A stretch of 64,000 nt of DNA from Deltaproteobacteria bacterium (lineage in GTDB: Bacteria; Myxococcota; Kuafuiibacteriia; Kuafuiibacteriales; Kuafuiibacteriaceae). Under the pieces are notes generated by a model. It had not been told where the DNA came from. It searched no databases and saw only the letters and a program-made list of their open reading frames with translations. The stretch is taken from assembly GCA_011526105.1 (NCBI GenBank), contig WYAZ01000099.1, positions 2,032-66,031 on the forward strand, read 5' to 3'. Of this stretch, positions 58,625 through 64,000 are shown piece after piece. The position numbers and the translations under genes are program-made. Positions within the stretch are counted from its first letter, which is position 1; each line of letters begins with the position of its first letter.

Positions 58625-58762
58625 TGTCCCGTCCGAGAAGTTCGATCACGTTCCCGCGAAGTATCTTTCGTCGCTGGTCGGCGCGCTACGAAGGGAGTTG
58701 GGTCGCCCCCAATGACCGAGGAGCCCGAAAGGGCGGCCGTAGGCCGCGCGTCGGCCAGGGGA

Positions 58763-59377
58763 CTAGAGCCGCTCGAACCCGGGTGGAACGGTCGCGTCGA
58801 ACGAGGCCCGCTCGCGGAAGCCGTGAAACCAAGTCGCGAGCTCCGGCCGAGCATCACGCCACTCGTGTGGGTATCGGAAGTCGACGTACTCGATCGCGGT
58901 GGCGAGACAGAGCTCGGCCATACTCAGTGCTCCGCTCGCTCCGAACCGCCCTGCCCTCAGCTCATCCTCGATGAAGAGCAGCGCTCGAGAAATCCGTCGT
59001 TCCTCCTGCTCGATGGTCGCGCGTGAACGAAGACCCTCTTCGCGACGTGTCTCGAGGAGGCGCGTCACCGTCGCGTCGAGAATGCCATCCGCGAGCGCTT
59101 CGAAGCGCAAGACCTCGAACAGCGCCTCCGTCTCCCGCGGATACAGTCGAGGCTCGGCGAGCGTGTCGAGGTACCGGGTGATGACCGGCGAGTCGAACAG
59201 GGTCGATGCGTCCTCCCTGAGCAGCACCGGCACCTTCCCGAGCGGATTGTGTGCACGAACCGCGCTGTCTTTGGCGTGGGGGTCGACGACTTCAAACGGA
59301 AGATCGAGGCTCTTTTCGTGCGCGCAGATCCGTACTTTTCGAACATAAGGCGACGTCAGAGAGCCGAGGAGCTTCAT
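58763..59377 (-). CDS. Glutathione S-transferase
   Basis: SPYVRKVRI, NPLGKVPVL, LFDSPVITRYLD. Confidence 0.92.
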   Translation of the reverse strand: MKLLGSLTSPYVRKVRICAHEKSLDLPFEVVDPHAKDSAVRAHNPLGKVPVLLREDASTLFDSPVITRYLDTLAEPRLYPRETEALFEVLRFEALADGILDATVTRLLETRREEGLRSRATIEQEERRISRALLFIEDELRAGRFGASGALSMAELCLATAIEYVDFRYPHEWRDARPELATWFHGFRERASFDATVPPGFERL

Positions 59378-59470
59378 GGCGTGAAAATCGAGCCGAGGTG
59401 GATGGGAGTCAAGGGAGGAACGTTCCCCCATTGCCGCCAATCCTCGCTTCCGCCATTCTCCCCCCCGTCG

Positions 59471-60583
59471 GTGTCCCGCCTCGACCGCTACGCCCTCTCC
59501 GAGGTGCTCGTCCCGTTCGGCTTCTCACTCCTCGCCACCACGCTCGTCGTCCTCCTCATCCAACTTCAAAGGCTCGCCAACGCCGCGCTCGGCCGCGGTC
59601 TCGAGTTCACAGACATCCTCGTTCTCTTCGGCGCCGCTCTCCCGCCCTTCTTTGTGCTCGTCATTCCGATCGCCTTCCTCCTCTCCGTGGTCATGGGACT
59701 GGGCCGGCTCTCATCGGACCGCGAGATGGACGCGCTCGCCGCCTCGGGCGCGGGCCCCTTTCGCATCGCCAGGGCGCCGCTCTTGGCGGGTGCATGCGTG
59801 AGCTTGCTCTCGCTCCCGATTGCCCACTTCGCGGAGCCCTACGGACTGTCGATGCTCTACGACCGACTCGTCGACGTCGCGATGCGCAACATCTCGGCCG
59901 CCCTTCGCCCCGGCGTCTTCAACGAAGACTTCCCCGGTGTTGCGCTCTTCGCGCACGACCGACGCCCGTCGGGCGAACTGCAGGACGTGCTCGTCTACGA
60001 TCAGCGAGATGCCGATCGACCGGTTTTGCTCATCGCTGAGGCCGGCCTCCTGGCGCCGGTCGAGCGGCCAGGGAAGCCTCCATCGCTCGAGCTTCGACTC
60101 GAGCGAGGTGAGCTCCACCTGGGCGCCACGCGAACCAAAGATGCCTACGAGGTGTTGCGATTCGACTCCGCTCAGATCGGAATCGACCCCGGACGCGAGC
60201 TCAGAGAACGCACCCGCTTCGTCAACCTCGTGAGCCGCATGAGCTCCGGTGCCATGCACAAAGAGGCCGAGCGCCGCGGCCCGAACGATCTCCACGGGCG
60301 CCGGATCGAGAAAGCCTATTTTCGTCGCTTCGCGTTTCCGCTCATGGCGCTCGTCTTCGGCTTCATCGGCGCGGCGATCGTGCTGACGGGGCGCCCCGAC
60401 TCGCGCGCGCGCAACGTCGTGCTCGCGCTCCTCGCGGTGGTGTTCTATTACGTTCTGGTCCGAGTGGGTGACTACTGGGTGGTCAAAGGGCCGAACTCGG
60501 CCGGTCTGGCGGCCTTTGGTCCAAACCTGGCGCTGCTGGTGTTGGGCGTCGTGTGGCTATCTCGTGCCGGACGGGCCCGATGA
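59471..60583 (+). CDS. lptF: LPS export permease LptF
   Basis: LDRY, GRLSSDREM.AL.ASG, PGVFNE; 3 TM, periplasmic domain, 3 TM. Confidence 0.85.
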   Translation: MSRLDRYALSEVLVPFGFSLLATTLVVLLIQLQRLANAALGRGLEFTDILVLFGAALPPFFVLVIPIAFLLSVVMGLGRLSSDREMDALAASGAGPFRIARAPLLAGACVSLLSLPIAHFAEPYGLSMLYDRLVDVAMRNISAALRPGVFNEDFPGVALFAHDRRPSGELQDVLVYDQRDADRPVLLIAEAGLLAPVERPGKPPSLELRLERGELHLGATRTKDAYEVLRFDSAQIGIDPGRELRERTRFVNLVSRMSSGAMHKEAERRGPNDLHGRRIEKAYFRRFAFPLMALVFGFIGAAIVLTGRPDSRARNVVLALLAVVFYYVLVRVGDYWVVKGPNSAGLAAFGPNLALLVLGVVWLSRAGRAR

Positions 60584-61719
60584 GAGCACCGTGGCTCGGC
60601 CGCTACGCGCGCGTCATCCTCATCACCACTTTCGTGCACATCTCTTTGGCCTGTCTGGTGGGCCTGCTCTTGTTCGCGGTGGTGGACTTCGTGGAGATCG
60701 GAAACCTCGCGAGGGCGAACGCGAGCACCGCCTCCATGCTCGAGCTCATCCTCTCGAACATGCCGGCCACCCTTCGCACCGTGCTGCCGGTGGCCACGCC
60801 CGTCGGGGGGGCGACCGCTCTGGGTGCGCTGCTTCGTCGAAGAGAGCTGGTGGCCTTCTTCGCCGCAGGCGCCTCGCCGTGGGCGTGCTGGAACCCTCTC
60901 ATCGTTCTCGGGCTCTTGCTCGGCCTGGTCCACACACTGAACGTCGAGTTCCTCGTCTCATCGACGCGCGCCCGCGTCGTGGAGCTGAGGCACGAGCTCG
61001 GCCTCGGACGCTCCACGCAGGACGGGATGTCCGAACAGCGCACTTGGTTCAAGGGACGAGACCACCTCTTTAGAGTGGAGTCGGTGCTCGATGAGAACGG
61101 AACCCGACTCGCGCGCGTGCTGATCCTCTCCGTCAAGGACGGCGCGCTCGAACGACGTGTGGACGCCGCCTCCATCTTTCACGAGCCCGCGGGGTGGCGA
61201 GGCCAGGACGTCGTCATTCGACGATTCCGAGAAGGCCAGCTGTCGACGGTCCGCAGGGACGGGGCGCCGCTCGGAATCGAGGAGACCCCAGAAGACTTCG
61301 TCCGAGCCATCGCGGCCCCCAGCCGCCTTCGATACAACACGCTGAGAGCCACCACCGCAGCGCGCGCGCGCCTCGGACAGCCCGACGAGGTCCATCGGGT
61401 CGAGTTGCACCGCCGACACGGGGCTCCGTTCTTCCTGTTGGCTCTGCTCTTGGCCGCTGCCTCCGCCGCCCTCAGGCTGGGAAGGAACCAGAGCTTCGCC
61501 AAGACCCTGCTCGTCGGAGCGGCCATGGGTTTTGGCGGTTGGGTCGTCTGGGAAATCTCGGGGCTATTCGGGGTCACCCGCGCCCTCCCCCCTTCCTTTG
61601 CTCCGTACCTCCCCGTGCTCCTCGCGCTTGTTCTGGCATGTGGGCTGATCGCGGCGGTCCTCGGGCGCGGGATCACGGATCGCGCCCCAGGAATCCGCTT
61701 GACCCCCTTTTCCGGCTGA
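60580..61719 (+). CDS. lptG: LPS export permease LptG
   Basis: LGRY, RRELVAFFAAGAS; same topology; ATGA overlap with lptF. Confidence 0.8.
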   Translation: MRAPWLGRYARVILITTFVHISLACLVGLLLFAVVDFVEIGNLARANASTASMLELILSNMPATLRTVLPVATPVGGATALGALLRRRELVAFFAAGASPWACWNPLIVLGLLLGLVHTLNVEFLVSSTRARVVELRHELGLGRSTQDGMSEQRTWFKGRDHLFRVESVLDENGTRLARVLILSVKDGALERRVDAASIFHEPAGWRGQDVVIRRFREGQLSTVRRDGAPLGIEETPEDFVRAIAAPSRLRYNTLRATTAARARLGQPDEVHRVELHRRHGAPFFLLALLLAAASAALRLGRNQSFAKTLLVGAAMGFGGWVVWEISGLFGVTRALPPSFAPYLPVLLALVLACGLIAAVLGRGITDRAPGIRLTPFSG

Positions 61720-61736
61720 CCTACGCCCGGCGCGAG

Positions 61737-62747
61737 ATGGCGACCCTCCGCGACCTACGTAAGCGCCTGAAAGCGGTCAAGAATACGCAGAAGATCACGA
61801 AGGCCATGAAGATGGTCGCGGCCTCCAAGCTGAAGAAAGCTCAGGAGGCGATCCTCGCCGCCCGTCCTTACGCGATCCAGATGCAGGAGGTCCTGCAGCA
61901 CATCATGGCCCACGCCGAAGACCTCGGCGCGCACCCGCTCATGGCAGCGCGCGAGCCGAAACGAATCGAGGTCGTGGTGCTCACCTCCGACCGCGGCCTC
62001 TGCGGTTCTTTCAACAGCAGCATCACTCGGTTCGGCGAGACTTACATCCGGGAGCACAAGGGGCACTACGAGTCGATCCGCCTGTCCTCCATCGGCCGAA
62101 AGGGTCGAGATCACTTCCGGCGAAAGGGCTTCGAGGTGTTCGCCGACTATCAAGGCATCTCCTCCAATCCCAGGTTCGAGGAGGCCGACGAGATCGCACA
62201 CGACCTCGCCGAGCGCTTCGAGGCCGGAGAGGTCGATGCGATCTACCTGCTCTACAACGAGTTCAAGAGCGCCATCTCCCAGAAGGTCGTGCTGCATCAG
62301 CTCCTGCCCATCGTCAACCTCGAGGGCTGGGAAGACAACCCGCGCGTGCGAGTCGGCGAGCTCGCCACGTACTCCTCCAGCACCCGCGCCAAGACCGAGC
62401 ATCAATCCGAGCTCGAGGTAGAGCTTCCGCCCGAGGAATCTGGATCGCGGCCGGAGAGCAAGGCGCTCGAGCTCCAGCCGGAGGGCTTCGAACACCTCTA
62501 CGAGCCGAGCCGCAGCGAGGTCCTGGACACCCTCCTGCCCCAGCATCTCGCGGTGCAGCTCTACCGCGCCGTCCTCGAGTCCACCGCCGCCGAACACGGC
62601 GCTCGCATGAGCGCGATGGACGCCGCCTCGCGCAACGCCAAGCAAATGATCGAGACCCTCACACTGCGCATGAACCGCGCGCGTCAGGCCGCCATCACCA
62701 CCGAGCTCATGGAGATCATCGGCGGCGCCGAGGCCCTCAAGGCCTAG
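61737..62747 (+). CDS. atpG: ATP synthase F1 gamma subunit
   Basis: KNTQKITKAMKMVAASKL, SDRGLCG, EHGARMSAM, NRARQAAITTELMEIIGGAEAL. Confidence 0.97.
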   Translation: MATLRDLRKRLKAVKNTQKITKAMKMVAASKLKKAQEAILAARPYAIQMQEVLQHIMAHAEDLGAHPLMAAREPKRIEVVVLTSDRGLCGSFNSSITRFGETYIREHKGHYESIRLSSIGRKGRDHFRRKGFEVFADYQGISSNPRFEEADEIAHDLAERFEAGEVDAIYLLYNEFKSAISQKVVLHQLLPIVNLEGWEDNPRVRVGELATYSSSTRAKTEHQSELEVELPPEESGSRPESKALELQPEGFEHLYEPSRSEVLDTLLPQHLAVQLYRAVLESTAAEHGARMSAMDAASRNAKQMIETLTLRMNRARQAAITTELMEIIGGAEALKA

Positions 62748-62763
62748 GCCGCCCTCGCGGTTC

Positions 62764-64000
62764 ATGCAAACGCCGCGGTCGATCCATCTGCTCGGCATCT
62801 GCGGCACCGGCATGGGGAGCTTCGCCGGACTCTTGAAGGCCGCCGGCCACCACGTCCGCGGCAGCGACGACAACGTCTACCCGCCCATGTCCGAGAAGCT
62901 CGAGGCGTGGGGCATCGAGGTCAAGAAGGGCTATCGCGCCGAGAACCTCGATCCCGCGCCGGACCTCGTCATCATTGGCAACGTCATCCGGCGCACCAAT
63001 CCGGAGGCGCAAGCGGTCGTCGAGCGGGGCCTCGAGTACACGTCGTTTCCGAAGGCGCTCGGCGAGCTCTTTCTTCAGCACACACACAGCGTCGTGGTCG
63101 CCGGCACCCACGGAAAGACCACCACCACCAGCCTGCTCGCCTGGATGTTGAGCTCGGCGGGGCGTGATCCGGGCCTCCTCGTGGGCGGGGTACCAGGCAA
63201 CTTCGGTGAAGGCTTCCGCGTCGGCGGCGGCGAGCACTTCGTCGTCGAAGGCGACGAGTACGACACCGCGTACTTCGACAAGGTGCCGAAGTTCATCCAC
63301 TACCACCCGCGAACCGCCATCATCACCTCCATCGAGTTCGACCACGCTGACATCTACGAGAGCGTGGAGCGCATCGAGTCGGAGTTCGATCGGCTCGTAG
63401 CCTTGTTGCCAGGAAATGGCTTGCTCATCGCCTGCGCGAGCGACGAGCGCGTCTTGCGGTGCGCAGGAAAGGCGCGTTGCCAGGTCGTCACGTACACCGC
63501 ACGGCCGGAGATCGATGCTGATCTCCGCGCCGAGGGCATCCGCGTCTCAGAACGGGGCACCGAGTTCGAGGTCGTGACGAAAGACGGCGCGAGACGGACC
63601 TTTGCTCTACCCCTCGCCGGGCTCCACAACGTCGAGAACGCCCTGGCGGCGATCGCGTTCGCGGATCACGCCGGACTCTCACGGGAAGAGATCACACGCG
63701 GGCTCGAGAGTTTCCTGGGTGTCGCACGCAGACAGACGGTGCGCGCCGAGGTCTCCGGGGTGCGCATCATCGACGACTTCGCCCACCATCCGACCGCGGT
63801 GAAGGAGACGGTCACGGCGGTCCGGCTTCGATACCCCACGGGCCGGCTCTTTTCGGTCTTCGAACCTCGAAGCGCCACGAGCTCGCGCGCCTACTTCCAG
63901 GCGCAGTACACTCAGTCCTTCGAGGGTGCGAGCTCCGTGATCATCGCCGAAGTGGGACGGCCCGAGATCGCGGCCGAGGAGCGCCTCGACATCGATCGCT
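62764..64000 (+). CDS. mpl: Murein peptide ligase Mpl (MurC-like), partial
   Basis: IHLLGICGTGMG, NVYPPMS, AGTHGKTTT, EGDEYDTAYFDK, DDFAHHPTA; runs off the window end. Confidence 0.9.
   Translation, partial: MQTPRSIHLLGICGTGMGSFAGLLKAAGHHVRGSDDNVYPPMSEKLEAWGIEVKKGYRAENLDPAPDLVIIGNVIRRTNPEAQAVVERGLEYTSFPKALGELFLQHTHSVVVAGTHGKTTTTSLLAWMLSSAGRDPGLLVGGVPGNFGEGFRVGGGEHFVVEGDEYDTAYFDKVPKFIHYHPRTAIITSIEFDHADIYESVERIESEFDRLVALLPGNGLLIACASDERVLRCAGKARCQVVTYTARPEIDADLRAEGIRVSERGTEFEVVTKDGARRTFALPLAGLHNVENALAAIAFADHAGLSREEITRGLESFLGVARRQTVRAEVSGVRIIDDFAHHPTAVKETVTAVRLRYPTGRLFSVFEPRSATSSRAYFQAQYTQSFEGASSVIIAEVGRPEIAAEERLDIDR

Overview
High-GC, gene-dense bacterial DNA that looks like Myxococcota: MYXO-CTERM-like tails, many lipoproteins with DA-rich linkers, and a fimU-pilV-pilW-pilX-pilY1 cluster. 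This taxonomic call is inferred from protein features only. The main feature is a ~20 kb lipid-biosynthesis locus (about 23.9-44.3 kb). It combines a dedicated type II FAS set (fabF, ACP, fabG, fabZ, fabI), the four olefin genes oleABCD, five CrtI/RetSat-like FAD oxidoreductases and a radical SAM enzyme with extra C-terminal cysteines. No pfa or carotenoid backbone genes are present in the window. Directly downstream of oleD is an arginase with an N-terminal wHTH/RRE-like extension, followed by a 38-aa Arg-rich ORF and, nearby, a GNAT-fold gene; together these are a candidate RiPP or lipopeptide system. Other notable items are a probable polyprotein (Zn-phospholipase C-like domain, MYXO-CTERM, internal signal peptide, beta-barrel), a divergent SecA paralogue, an island of small orphan genes sharing upstream motifs, and an isolated atpG with a ~45-aa insertion. 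Housekeeping genes include purEK, lptFG, mpl, a parvulin and a GST. I saw no rRNA, tRNA, CRISPR array or intact transposase. All calls come from motif recognition by eye; no database searches were run.
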